64,000 nucleotides of DNA from Eledone cirrhosa (taxonomy: Eukaryota): contig OZ024743.1 in assembly GCA_964016885.1 (NCBI GenBank), positions 222,456,001 through 222,520,000 on the forward strand, given 5' to 3'. The position numbers and the translations under genes are program-made. The notes under the pieces are model-generated. The model was not told the DNA's origin and did no database searches. It was given only the letters and a program-made list of their open reading frames with translations. Shown here one piece after another: positions 51,518 through 64,000 of this stretch. Position 1 is the stretch's first letter. Each line of letters begins with the position of its first letter.

Positions 51518-52393
51518 ATTTGGTAGAACACATTTTTCTATTATTTTCTTTATTACATTCTGTATTTAGATGTGTTAAATAAATTTTTAAATTGTTATGC
51601 AACATCTAAATACTTTTTAACATCTTTTATTTTAAGGAAAATGAGCATTACGATAGATGTTAATAGGTGCCTTATGAATAGACTTGAGTACAGTCCACAC
51701 ACACAGGGATATAAACATAGATTCAAATATACTTTCCTGCCTGACATTTGTACATTATTCTATGTACTATACATGCACCTTTGGTGAGTTGTAATGCACC
51801 TGAGCACTGTACACAATAATTTTCATCATTATTATTATAAATCCCGCCAAGGTTAACTTTGCCTTTCATCCTTACGGGGTCGATAAAATAAAGTACCGGT
51901 AATGTACTGGGATAATTGCTGACCTTGTGCCAAAAGTAGAAACAATTATTATTATACTCATTTGCAGATTAATACACACACACTCACACTTAACCACCCA
52001 CACTAGATACATGTCATGCCTACATAGTAACAGTGTCACCTTGTAAGTTGCTATACAACCAGAGATGACAACAACTGGAAGCTTCTATCTAATGGGTTTT
52101 TTTCCTCTTCTTTTCCACTGCTAACGCAGGATTTCTCTCCCTTCTCTCTCCCCATCTTCACTTTTTTTTTCTCCTACATATGTCATCTTGAGAGATGAAA
52201 AGTCAAATAAATTTCTAACATGATGACAAAACCAGTAGTGGATCAATAAATTCTAAAAAGAAGAGACTGAACTAAGTAAAAGAAGAGGTTTCATGTAGGT
52301 GTGTATATGTATGTACATATAATGCTTGCATGTGTGTGTGTGTGTATGTATATATATAATGTGTGTGTGTAAAGAGACAGACACACACACACA

Positions 52394-52431
<38 letters not shown>

Positions 52432-52794
52432 TATGTATATATATATAAATAATTTTTCAGAATGGTATTAAAGCAAGAATTCCTATTTACTAATTCTGCT
52501 CTTTTTTTTTTCAAATCCCACTTTTCCCCTCCCTCCCTCTGTATATATATATGTGTGAACCTAATACCAACACTGTTTGTAATTGCACTCCTTGTTATTG
52601 TTTTTGTTTTTTACTTTTCCCATATATATATATGTGTGTGTGTGTAAGTGATTATAATGGAGTGTTCCACTATTACTTTTTGTAAGGTGAGAAATGCTCA
52701 ATGCATACTTAAAGTCTTCAACACATTAGGAATTCAAATGCATATTATTTAACTACCACCATTGAACATCCCTCTAACAATTACAAGAAATAAT

Positions 52795-53202
52795 AATAAT
52801 TTCTACTATAGACACAAGGTCAGCAATTTTGGGAGAGGGGAAAGACGATTTAATCGACCCCCAGTGCATTACTGGTGCTTTATTTTATCGACTCCAAAAG
52901 GAGGAATTTGAACTCAGAAAATAAAGGGCCGTAACTCCATGCCGCAAAGCATGGTGCACGACACTCTACTACTACTACTGCCATTCCACCACCCTAATGA
53001 TAATAATAATTGTTTCTACTTTTGGCACAAGGCCAGCAATTATCCCAGTGCATTACTGGTACTTTATTTTATCGACCCCTTAAGGATGAAAGGCAAAGTT
53101 AACCTCGGCAGGATTTGAACTCAGACCGTAAAAGGGCCGTAATTCTATGCTGCAAAGCATAGCGTCCGACCCTCTACTGATACTGCCAATCCACTGCAAA
53201 TG

Positions 53203-53233
<31 letters not shown>

Positions 53234-53385
53234 GGCCAGCAATTTTTTTGGGGGGGAAAGTCGATTAAATCAACACCAGTACGTGACTGGTACTTTATTT
53301 TATCGATCCCGTAAGGATGAAAGGCAAAGTTACCCTCAGCAAAATTTGAACTCAGACCGTAAAGGGCCGTAACTCTATGCCGCAA
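52795..53385 (-). mobile_element. Cluster of three SINE S1 copies in (AAT)n tracts
   Basis: Three same-strand bodies at ~52795, 53005 and 53230, each abutting (aat)n. Confidence 0.85.
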
Positions 53386-53651
53386 TAATATGTACTGCTT
53401 TTTACTTCACCATAAAACACACTCTTTTACTACTTTGTACTTCTACTCTGCCTTTCTTTTGTTCTTCATGGATAATTTTGATAATTCATGATGATATGCG
53501 ATTGTTTATGTATTGTGTTTTGTGTAAATAATTGTGTAATTAACTGTTTCTGATTGATTCATTGTTTACATGTACAATTATCACATAGGAACGATCGTAG
53601 ATATTAAAAAATGCATTTAATATGATAACCTTGGCTCTCTTCATTTCTTAT

Positions 53652-53945
53652 GACACTTTATTTCACATTGCTCCAGTTTACTCAACTGTAGAAATAAGAT
53701 GATAGGGACTGGGGTCCCTATCATTCCACTGAAAAGTGGTCGTGGAGGTGCCACGGCAAAAAAAGCACCCAGCCCACACTGTAAAGTGGACGTGTAGGCG
53801 CCACAGAAAAAAAGCACCCAGCACTCACTGTAAATGAGGTTGGTGTTAGGAAGGGCACCCAGCTGTAGAAATCAAGCCAGAATCAGTTCCCGTCCCACCC
53901 TTGCAAGCAGGGAAAAGCGGATGTAAAATGATGATGATGATGATG
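53652..53945 (+). mobile_element. SINE S2 (5'-truncated) with an internal tandem duplication and RTE-like tail plus (GAT)n
   Basis: Inverted homologue of 36083-36320. Perfect hairpin atgatagggac-tggg-gtccctatcat. Confidence 0.85.
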
Positions 53946-54207
53946 ATATATATATATATAATGAAAAAGAGTATGGACATTAGAAAATGTTCTATAGAGA
54001 TCACATTATATAAGGAAAATGATAAAACAAGGGTTTGAAAAGTGCACCTGATATACATATCGAAAAAACAATTTAATCTAACAACAAATGTTTTGGTGAT
54101 CCAAAACGCAGAGAGCAGGCTTTGCTAACATCAATTTCTGTACATGTTATAAAGATCCTTTTTATATATATACCAGATGCGCTTTTGAAACCCTTTTTTA
54201 TCATTTT

Positions 54208-54250
<43 letters not shown>

Positions 54251-54811
54251 CACACACACACACATATCTATGTGAAAGACCTATATTTGAAACATCAAGA
54301 AACTTTTCCACTTCTCTAAACATGAAACTGACTAACATGAACTTTTTATCTAATCTTGTCAACATGTTATTTTTGTGATATGAATTCTTGTGTATATAAT
54401 ATATCTGTTTGTATGCTTGAAAATCTCTATCTATCTATTTATATATATATCTATATATTACTAAAAGTCTGTGATTGCTTGCTTGCTTGCTCGCTTGTCT
54501 GTAATGTAATGCAGCCAAAAAGGTGCATAATGGGAAAATACCTTGAAAGGAAGTTGCCCCTGAAATGGGAATACAAATAGAAAACAAGTTTCGCGGAAAT
54601 CGAAGCACGGGTTTTCTGAGTACCTTAATAAACAGAGAAAGAGAGAAGGAGAGAAAGAGATAGTGGTTGTGAGAGAGTAGATTAAAAGAGAGACATAGAG
54701 AGATGGAGAGGAGAGAGAGAAGGAGAATGGAAGAGAGCTGGTGGTGGTGTTCTGTATATATATGTGTGTCTATGACCAGTGTATATAGATCACAGACACC
54801 CACATATATAT

Positions 54812-54854
<43 letters not shown>

Positions 54855-55022
54855 TTTATTTATATACGTACACACATGTATATATATATGGGCCTTCCAG
54901 TTTCATTTCACATTATATACATGTCTGTGTATATTTTAATTATTTAAAAATTATTTTTAAGTGAATATGATTTTTTTTTTATATTTTGAAGTGAACGTGA
55001 CCCAACGGATCACAGGTGGTCT

Positions 55023-55066
<44 letters not shown>

Positions 55067-55192
55067 GGCCTGCGTTAGTGTTTGATGAGGTTGAGAACCT
55101 GGTCAGCTTTCAGCCAGAGCTGTGGTATTTAATCTCCCTAGGTAATAAAATCTGGAGACAGAATTTTCTCTGTACCAAAAAAAAAAAAAAAT

Positions 55193-55385
55193 AATAATTG
55201 TTTCTATTTTAGGCACAAGGCCAGCAATTACCCAGTGCATTACTGGTACTTTATTTTATCGACCCTGTAAGGATGAAAGGCAAAGTCAACCTCGGCGGGA
55301 TTTGAACTCAGATTGTAAAGGGACGTAACTATGCTGGAAAGCATGGCGTCCGACCCTCTACCGATACTGCCAATCCACCGCCCTT
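55193..55385 (-). mobile_element. Young full-length SINE S1
   Basis: Nearly identical to 49784-49968, with aaataataat on both flanks. Confidence 0.9.
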
Positions 55386-55572
55386 AAATAATAATCATGT
55401 CAAAATCCTTACTTTATATTTAGTGTGTAAGGATATATATATATATATATATATAAATATATATATATATGTGTGTGCGTGTGTATAATATATATATATA
55501 TTATACACACACACATATATATATATATTTTCTTTTTTCAGTCTGGTCTACCATGTTTGAGCCCCCTGTTGG

Positions 55573-57085
55573 AGATAGATATGTTTCTTTATTAGCCACA
55601 GGGGCACAAAAGAAGGGGACAAATACAAAGGGGGAAGTTTACATACAATAAAAATGTGTAAAATATTATCACAAATACAATTTAAAAGTTAATCGCTTTT
55701 CCCCAATAGGGGGAGACATTTCATATGGGTAACACATACCTCCAAAAAAAATGTGCAACCCTCATCTCCAGGAATACGAAGAGTTTGTACCCCTTTCCTC
55801 TCTTCCTCTTTTTCCTCAACCTACAGGCTGATATAGAGAGAAGGCCACTCAGGCCATTCTCGCCACTTTCACCCACCTTTCATAAAACTTGCTGGGGTAC
55901 AGCACCTCTCTCTCCATCCTGATTCTTCTTCCAAAGTGGTATTTGAAAAAAAGAATCAGTTGTTGGCCGGAGAGAAAGGTGTCTGACATCAGCCCTTTTA
56001 ACCTCGTCCACCATACAACCTCTTTCGCCATAGCTATCACACAAAGGAAAACCGTCTCTCCTTCGTTTTTGAAGGAGGATGGCGGTTTGATCATGACAAT
56101 GGACTCGGTGGTCAACCGGATTGGTCCCACCCGCGACAATAGTCGTTCTACATAGTCCCACAGGTCGGTAATGCCTGGGTAGTGTATGAATGCGTGCGGT
56201 TTCTTTGTCTCGCACGCATCTCGGACAGATCTTTTTCGAAGGGTCCCTGCCCGGGCGCCCATGTCTGTAGAGCTTGTCTCGAACTGGTAGAGCTCCTCGG
56301 TAACACTGCCAGGCCAGGGACTTTTGGAAGTTGTCCATCGGTCCCGGGCGGAAGGTCCTACCAAACAGACTGGCCAGTTCGTCTTCCTCTACGCCCGGAG
56401 CTTCTCCGAACGCATCGTCGCACTTGCTGCGGATCAATCCTCTATAGAATGATGAAGTGGAGTCTCTACTTATCGCTGGGTCCGCCTGCCAGAGGGCTGT
56501 GAGCGCCTGAGCACATTCGATGTGCCAGTCGCCCATTTTCCTTGGTCTTTGCTTGACCCAGGACTGCAGCTCGGTCAGCGAGACGAGTCGTGGGAAGGCT
56601 TGCCTCACGAACGGGGCCCACACCAGTTGTCCGGTGAGGAATACGTAGAGATGCCACAGCCTGAGCGCGTGTTTGCGCATCGTCAGCCACGGCATCCCCA
56701 GCCCTCCGTTGGAAGGGTGTTGGCAGCAGATGCATCTTCTCACCAAAGGAGCCTGCTTCTTCCAAAGGAATTGGAAAAGTGCGCGCTCCATTTTAGTGAG
56801 CGTTTTGGCTGGACAAGGCACGATGGTCAAGCAGTAGTAGATGACGGACGCTATAAAAGTGTTTGCTACCTCCGCTCAACCTTTTAAGGATAGTTTGCAC
56901 TCGGCCCACTTCTGGGTGAGTGCAAACACCTTGGCCATCACCTTGTTCCAGTTCTTCTCCACCTGGAGGTCCGGACCAAACCAGAACCCGAGCAGCTTTA
57001 CCGGTCCTTCCGTCCAGCGTCTGAAGACGTCATCGGAAGGCATCGGTTTGCCTCTCCTCGATCCGAGTTGCAAACCGATGGACTT
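55573..57085 (-). mobile_element. 5'-truncated Tx1/L1-clade LINE (ORF2 C-terminal part plus 3' UTR)
   Basis: GPVKLLGFWFG...NWNKV...LSLKG*AEVANTFIAS...FQFLWKK...GGLGMP...WQCYRGALPVRDKL...CPRC...ET..H (zf-RVT-like). Stop and frameshift present. AATAAA then (ATCT)-like tail. Confidence 0.92.
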
Positions 57086-58194
57086 GAGATAGATAGATTT
57101 CTTTATTAGCCACAAGGGCGCAACGTGAGATAGATAGATAGATAGACGTGTACCAAACACACACACACACATTTCTTACTCTCTCTCTTCCTCCCTCTTT
57201 CTCTCTCCATTTATATATATCTGCTAGTTTTTTTCGTTACTTTGGTATTGTGTGGTTAGGTTTTGCCTACCACAATGTTCAATTTGTCAAGCTATTTAAA
57301 CGTATGTTATTACTCTAAGGACCTACTCTTATTGAGTGCTTTGCTAACTCATTCATATTATAGGTCGACTTTGCTTGCCCACAGCCAAAGCTTCGATTTT
57401 ACTAAGCTTCCACATGTATATATATATATATTTATATATATATATATACATATATATATATGGCATTGTTATTTGGCGTTGTTGAAAAGAGCAGTGGCCT
57501 TTGACCTGGCAATAAAAACTGGAGGCAAAATTCTTTCTGTACCAAAACCAAGGCACACACAAACAAGTTTGTGTGCGTGTGTGTGTGTGTGTGCGCGTTT
57601 ATGTGTGTGTGTATCTATATATGTATATATATATATATAAGGGCTTTCTCACTGTCACCAAGCTTCTCAATTCATTCGTTGCTACTAAGTATTTTATTTT
57701 GCTACGAGGTATTTTATTTTGCAAGGTACTATTTTTCCTCCGAGTTTGTGATTTCAGAGAAAGGTAAGAAATTCTTCATATTTTGCATCTTTTGTATTTT
57801 GACTTTACAGTTTGAATTGTAGAATTGTCTATCCACTCAAAATATTACAACAGTGAAATATAGAATTAAAAAAAAAAAAGCTTTTTTGACTGAGATCAAA
57901 TCTTTTTTCTTTTTTCAAAATATAATTTGAAATAGCTTGCTTTTGTTTTGGACTGAAACTTTTTTGTATTTAATTCGTACGAGTTTTTTTTTAAAGATTC
58001 TAACATAACTTGATTTGGCCCAGTAATCTACTGATTTCAAAATCAGTAGTATATTAAAAAATGGATAAATAGGGGGGGGGGGGGGCGTTTCATGATTTTG
58101 AGGGGCAAAAGGGGGCATTTAGCCAATGGGTTGAGAACCTTTGATCTAGATGTTTGAATACCAGAAGAGCCTGCTTATGAAATTACTGTGTATT

Positions 58195-58380
58195 TAAACT
58201 GGCTGTATCTGTCCAGAAACCGACCAGAACGAGCTGCTCATACTGATGTTAAGGTATTGTTCTCAAAATAAATAATATCAAAATCTCATAGATTTGATAT
58301 TATGTGAGGTAATTATGTAAGATAAAGCCTTAACAATGATAATATAATAGTAAATATAGAGTAATGTAAATGCCAAAGGG
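58195..58380. mobile_element. MITE family A copy
   Basis: Homologous to 10467-10701 and ends aatgccaaagggttaa. Confidence 0.8.
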
Positions 58381-58939
58381 TTAATGTAATTCTAAGGGAG
58401 ATATAGCAAGACACAGTGTGTGACAAGGCTGGCCTTTTAAATTACAGGTATAACTCATATTTGCCAGCTGAGTGGACTTGTTCAAGAATACAACATGCAA
58501 CTAGATATTGAACTCACAACCTTACGATCATGAGCTAAATACCTTAACCACTAAGACATGTACCTTTATAGAAGATAGGTCAAATAGACAATAAAAATTA
58601 ATTATATATAAACAGGGAAACTTGTACAAGCAAATTGTAATTTATTGTATTATTTTATATATTTTCATTTCTTATACATGTGTCAGGTTTTGACCCAAAA
58701 GTTTAATTGATCCCTTAAATGGTCCCATTGCCCCACCACCACTACCAGATAATCCCATCAACCACCGAGGTAGTCTCCATGACCACTTTGTAGATTCCTA
58801 GTATAAGTTATTATAACACTGTATATTAATTATCAATTATTTCAATAGTTTGCAGTACTGAGCTTGAGTCATAACATGAATATATTTTGATAAGAATAAA
58901 TTCCACTAGGCTGACTTACATTAGATTCAATACATTAAC

Positions 58940-59190
58940 CCTTTTGATAGCAAACAACCCAGCGCTCTTTGCCCCTGATTCAATGATATAAATCCTCTCA
59001 TTTTAAAATGTCTATATCTAAATTAAAATCTTCTATCATAATTTTACACAAGAACCTTTTGTTAATATATGTTCTAGGAACCTAAATAATAATGAAAAAG
59101 TGTATAATTTTACTAAATTCATTAATTATTTTCAAAGTTAATTGAAACATATAAGCAATATAATTTCCCCAGAAATATAGCGATGAAAGA
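58940..59190. mobile_element. MITE family B copy
   Basis: TTAAcccttttgata...gatgaaagagtta. Confidence 0.7.
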
Positions 59191-59477
59191 GTTAGAACAA
59201 AGTAACCCATGCTAGCATGGAAAATGGACGTTAATATATGATGGTGTTCAAGGGGTGTTCTAATGTGAACAGAAAAGGGAGAAGAAAAAAGGAAATAAAA
59301 AGGAGAAAAAGAAAGGATCAAGCAGCGAAAGAAAGGGAGAGGGGGAAGGACAGTCACTACACCCCAGTCTGATAGGTGTCTCAACCATACCCCATGAACA
59401 AAACAGAAAAGACGTTAACACAGAGAATGACCCGAGACACCCACAGCAACAGACACCCCACCTCATGGGGCTCCCTC

Positions 59478-59645
59478 ATGAAGAGGGCTGCTGTCTTTCC
59501 AACTTTGCGAAGGAAATCGGTTCAAAGAGGAAGCGGTCGGTCAGGCCTCGGTATTTGACTATCTTTCTCTCCTCTGCATTGCTGGCAGCGGAGTACAAGT
59601 CATTGCGCCCCAAATTAGGGATTTGTCCCCCTCGAAGGGAAGAGG
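59478..59645 (-). mobile_element. Fragment of a restriction-like endonuclease domain of a CRE/NeSL-type retrotransposon
   Basis: PFEGDKSLIWGA..TC then SAASNAEERKIVKYRGLTDRFLFEPIS, matching PW..GK.L.WD.TC...AA..AE.RK..KY..L...F.F.P. Confidence 0.65.
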
Positions 59646-60024
59646 GTTAATCTGTTGAACATTTGTGGCAAAGAAATGAACAATTGTTCAGGATTGATTT
59701 TATCTATTTTAGTTTTAATTTGTTTTGTTTTTCTTTTTTTTTTCAGCCCCCTCCACCTTAAGTTGATTCTTATGATATGAAACTGTCTGAAACTACCCCA
59801 GGGTCTATCAAAAGTAACTCTGTTAAAGTATAATATTTATATTATAATATAATATAAAAATGTGTGTGTATCCGTGTCTATGTTTATGTCCTGTGACAAC
59901 AATTCAACAATATGTACCAAAGATGAAAAACTATAAATACTGTTGTGGGATCATATAATCAACAGAAATCCCTTTCAGGCAGTGCTCCGCTTGTCTAATT
60001 AATTACTGAAACAAGTATAAGAGA

Positions 60025-60062
<38 letters not shown>

Positions 60063-60104
60063 CGACCCTATATATATATATTATATATACATATATATAT
60101 AAAT

Positions 60105-60137
<33 letters not shown>

Positions 60138-60138
<1 letters not shown>

Positions 60139-60437
60139 GAGGGATAGAATGTAGTGTATGGGAGAGAAGACTGAGGTGGTATGGACATGTGATGCGCATG
60201 GAGGATGACCGATGGGTGAAGAAGTGCCAGGAAATGCCAGTTGAAGGAAGACGTGGTAGAGGTAGACCACGAAAAACATGGGCAGAGGTGGTGAGAACAG
60301 ACCTCAGATCATTGAAGCTCACGGTGGAGATGACGAAGGACCGTGACGAGTGGAGAGATGCTGTGCTGAATAAGACCCGTCCCACCCTTGCAAGCAGGGA
60401 AAAGCGGACGTAAAATTATGATGATGATGATGATGAT
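60138..60437 (+). mobile_element. Well-preserved RTE LINE 3' end in a (TA)n tract
   Basis: ERRLRWYGHVMRMEDDRWVKKCQEMPVEGRRGRGRPRKTWAEVVRTDL...DRDEWR...* followed by (GAT)n. Confidence 0.93.
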
Positions 60438-60961
60438 ATATATATAGGGTCGATACAGTTGTACCTTGAGCTGATCAATCGTGAAACACGCGTCATACCT
60501 GAATAAATTTAATGATGACAGTTTGATACCATGTTCCTACTCATTATTATTGTCGATAAAATAAAGTACCAGCAATGTACTGGGTAATTGATGGCTTTGT
60601 GCCAAAAGTAGAAACGATTATTATTATTAATAAAGTACCAGTAATGCACTGGGTAATTGCTAGCCTTGTGCCAAAAGTAGAAACAATTATTATTATATAT
60701 ATACATATATACATGTCTAACCCATGCTAGCATGCAAGAACGGACATAAAACGGTGATGATGATATACACACACATACATTATATGCACACACACACATC
60801 GTCAATCTCTTTCTATCACATCCAGTCCAATAAGAATTACAGTTTCCAGAACATTCTGTTTTCTCAGCAGAGATTAGAGAGATAGTTGTAGCATTGATTC
60901 TATGGTATTGAGTGTGGTAGGTTGTTAGTACTGGTAGTATAGAGGATGGTAGGGTGGTCAG

Positions 60962-61400
60962 ATGGAGAGAGAGAGAATGGTAAGATATCTGAGAGAGAGA
61001 GAGAGAGAGAGGGAAAGAATATACAGTATAGAGAATGGTAAAGTGTTCGGATAGTCAGAGAGAGGGAGAGAAAGGTAAGGTATCAGAGAGAGAGAGAAGG
61101 GGGGAGAGAGAGAATGGTAAGGTATCAGAGAGAGGGAGAGAATATGTAGTACAGAGAATGGTAAGGTGTTCAGATTGTCAGAGAGAGAGAGAGAGAGGGG
61201 GGGGGGGAATGGTAAGGTATCATAGAGAGAGAGAGAGAGAATGGTAAGGTATCAGAGAGAGAGGGGGAGAGAGAGAATGGTAAGGTATCAGAGAGAGGGA
61301 GAGAATATGTAGTATAAAGAATGGTAAGGTGTTCAGATTGTCAGAGAAGGGGGGGGGGGAGAATATGTAGTATAGGTGGTAAGGTGGTCAGAGAGAAGTG
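60962..61400. repeat. GA-rich minisatellite
   Basis: Recurring gagaatggtaaggtatcagagag. Confidence 0.85.
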
Positions 61401-62096
61401 GAGGGGGGGTGAGAAAGAGAGTATGTATGTGTTTATGTATTAGGGCTCCAATTATAACAAAATGAGAGAGAAGGGGGAGAAAGAGAGAGAGAGAGGAAGA
61501 GAAGAGAGAGAGAGATGCTAAGTGTTAATGAGGATGTACATATGAGAGAATGTGACAGAGAAAGGAACAGATAGATAGATAGAGAGAGTAACATTAACTG
61601 TGAGAGAGAATATGTGTGTATAAGAGAGGGGGGGGTGATCTCCAATTATGAGTGTAAGAAAGAGAGAATATAAAAAAGACAGACAAAAAGAAAAAGAATG
61701 TGATAGTGAAGGAGGGTAGAGTGGGAGGAAGGAAAGAGAGAGAAAGGGAATGAGAAACAGGTAGACAGAGAAACAGATAGAGAGTGACAGTACAGTCATA
61801 AATCATCACTTTTACTGCTTTTTTTCCATGGTTGTGTGGGTTTGATGGATCCTTTTCAGCGCGTGTGTAAGAGTTAAAGCAGAGAGAAGAGTGAAAGAGA
61901 TTGAATAGCAGTCAAAGGGAGAAAGAAAGAAAGAGAAAGATTAAATGAGAGAGAGAGAGAACAAGCAAAAAGTAAGAGAGAGAACAAGGGAGAGAGTGCA
62001 AGAGGGAGAGAGAGAAGGGGGAGGGAGAGAGAGACATCTAATATGAATTTCTAAGAAAAGTACATGGCCAAACATTTTGGTAAAGGGAAGAATTTG

Positions 62097-62545
62097 ATTA
62101 AATTGAACCCAGTTTGAATGGTATTAAATTGAACCCAGTAATTTGATTGGTTAAATTGAACCCAGTAATTTGATTAGTTAAATTGAACCCAGTAATTTGA
62201 TTGGTATTAAATTGCACCCAGTAATTTGATTAGTTAAATTGAACCCAGTAATTTGATTGGTATTAAATTGCACCCAGTAATTTGATTAGTTAAATTGAAC
62301 CCAGTAATTTGATTAGTTAAATTGAACCCAGTAATTTGATTAGTTAAATTGAACCCAGTAATTTGATTAGTTAAATTGAACCCAGTAATTTGATGGGTTA
62401 AATTGAACCCAGTAATTTGATGGGTTAAATTGAACCCAATTATTTGACTGGTTAAATTGAACCCAGTTATTTGATTGGTCATATTGAACCCAGTAATTTG
62501 ATTGGTTGAATTGAATTGAACACAGTTATTTGATTGGTATTTGTA
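62097..62545. repeat. 27-bp minisatellite, ~16 copies
   Basis: aaattgaacccagtaatttgattagtt. It gives the NLTNQITGF repeat ORF. Confidence 0.93.
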
Positions 62546-63099
62546 TTAAACTTCATAACATCCATGAACAGGGTTGGTTTCACTTGTGGATCCAGCTGGA
62601 TCAATTGGAAGATGCTTGTTTCTGATAGAGGACTCTCTGGATAGCGTTTGTGAGAACTCTGCTCAACACCCCACCCACCAAAGAAAAAAGCAATGATGAT
62701 GACGATGATGATAATGACTTGGAAGGATGATAAAGTCAACCTTGGCATGAGAAAAATGAAATTTTCAGCTCACATCTATATTGGTTTAGCTGGCCTGTTA
62801 CTAAGCAGGATCTCATATGAGTTTTCTCGAGTATTTTAATGATAAGGGACCCACCCAGTCCTATCACACACCTACGTATGTTGTTGCTACAGCTCACACC
62901 TATATAGGTTTAGCTGACCTCTTTTGAAGTGTCTTGCTCAAGAACACAAAACACCATCCAGTCCTCAGGATTGTGAGTCCAAAAAACCTTAACCACTAAG
63001 CCATCCACCTTTACTTTTGGTATCAGCATAATTAAGGGACACTACATGTTAAAACAGTCTGGCACTGTTATTTCTGCACAATATTCTTCATTAGAGAGA

Positions 63100-63625
63100 A
63101 CAATAGACAGACTAGAGAGAGGAGGGGACAAAAGAGGAGATAGAGAGGGGGAGTGAAATGGGAGAAAAAGAGGGGGCTGAAAGAAGAGATAGAGAAAGAG
63201 AGAAAAATGAAAGAAAGAAAGCAGTAGAAGCAGATTGGGATGGGAAGAAAGTAGAGAGAGATGAAGAGAGAGAGAGAGGGAATATGTGAAGAGAGATGGG
63301 AAGAGAAGTAGAGAGATATGAATAGAAAAATGTGGAGAGAGGGAGGGGGGAAGAATATAACTGAGGTTGGGAAGAGAAGTAGAGAAATATAAATAGAAAG
63401 ATAGGGGGTTCAGAAGAGAGAGAGACAGACGGACAGACAGAGAGAGAGAGTGAGTGAGAGAGAGGAAAGTGAGTGAGGAGAGAGAGAGTATAAACAGAGG
63501 TGAATAGAGGAAGGAGGGTTGAAGAGATAGAAAGTGAGAGAAATAGAGAAGCATTAAAAGGGAGAAGAAATGCTGTAAAGAGAAGAGTAAGAAAAGATGG
63601 ATTGAGTGAAAAATGGAAGGAAGGA
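63100..63625. repeat. Polypurine (G/A) low-complexity tract
   Basis: Strong purine strand bias, producing the Leu/Ser/Phe ORF on the minus strand. Confidence 0.85.
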
Positions 63626-64000
63626 AACAGTGTATCTCCTCCATTTTTGATAACTGTTGTCTTGTTTTCTGGTCAACCTACATATCAATGGCAGCTTCTT
63701 TCATGGAGGAAGAATGGAAGAATTTGTAGAGCAGAGAGGCAGAGAGGGTGATAGTGATAGCAAGAACAGCAACAGCAGTGTGGCTATGTATGTGTATGTG
63801 TTTGTATGTACGTATATGTGTGTGTATGTGTTTGTATGTACGTATATGTGTGTATGTGTATGTGTTTGTATGTACATATATGTGTGTATAAGTGTATGTA
63901 TGTGTGTGTTTATGTGTGTATATGTGTGTGTATCTATGCTGGACTTCCATAGGTTATGACGACAACTGGTGTCCCACTTGTTTGATCAACAGAACAGTCT

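Noticed and set aside
63042-63644. 200-aa Leu/Ser/Phe-rich membrane-like ORF
   Set aside because: It is the antisense of a polypurine low-complexity tract.

Overview
Repeat-dominated animal genomic DNA, probably a coleoid cephalopod (Octopus-like). That assignment is inferred from the tRNA-derived SINE families, RTE and R4/Dong LINE relics and very dense (CA)n/(TA)n/(GA)n tracts; no search was run. No intact, recognisable host protein-coding gene is present, and nearly all supplied ORFs are artefacts of simple repeats. The first 22 kb holds three related tandem satellites (46, 38 and 26 bp units), two with visible higher-order duplications. The rest is a patchwork of TTAA-flanked MITEs, Tc1/mariner/pogo and hAT derivatives, a non-autonomous Helitron, a Helitron helicase fragment, SINEs and decayed non-LTR retrotransposons (RTE, Tx1/L1, R4/Dong, CRE-like). 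A CpG-rich patch at about 45.0-45.3 kb looks like a promoter/first exon ending ATG|GTAAGT. The best leads are a minus-strand recursive-splice-like site (polyY-AG|GTAAGT) at 28.58 kb, a Tx1-type LINE apparently inserting in tandem into (GATA)n, a tandem double-hairpin repeat at 1-460, satellite unit turnover caught in progress, and an exon-like frame broken only by two TGA codons. All are hypotheses. I cannot support a complete new biological system from sequence alone. Boundaries of decayed elements are approximate.
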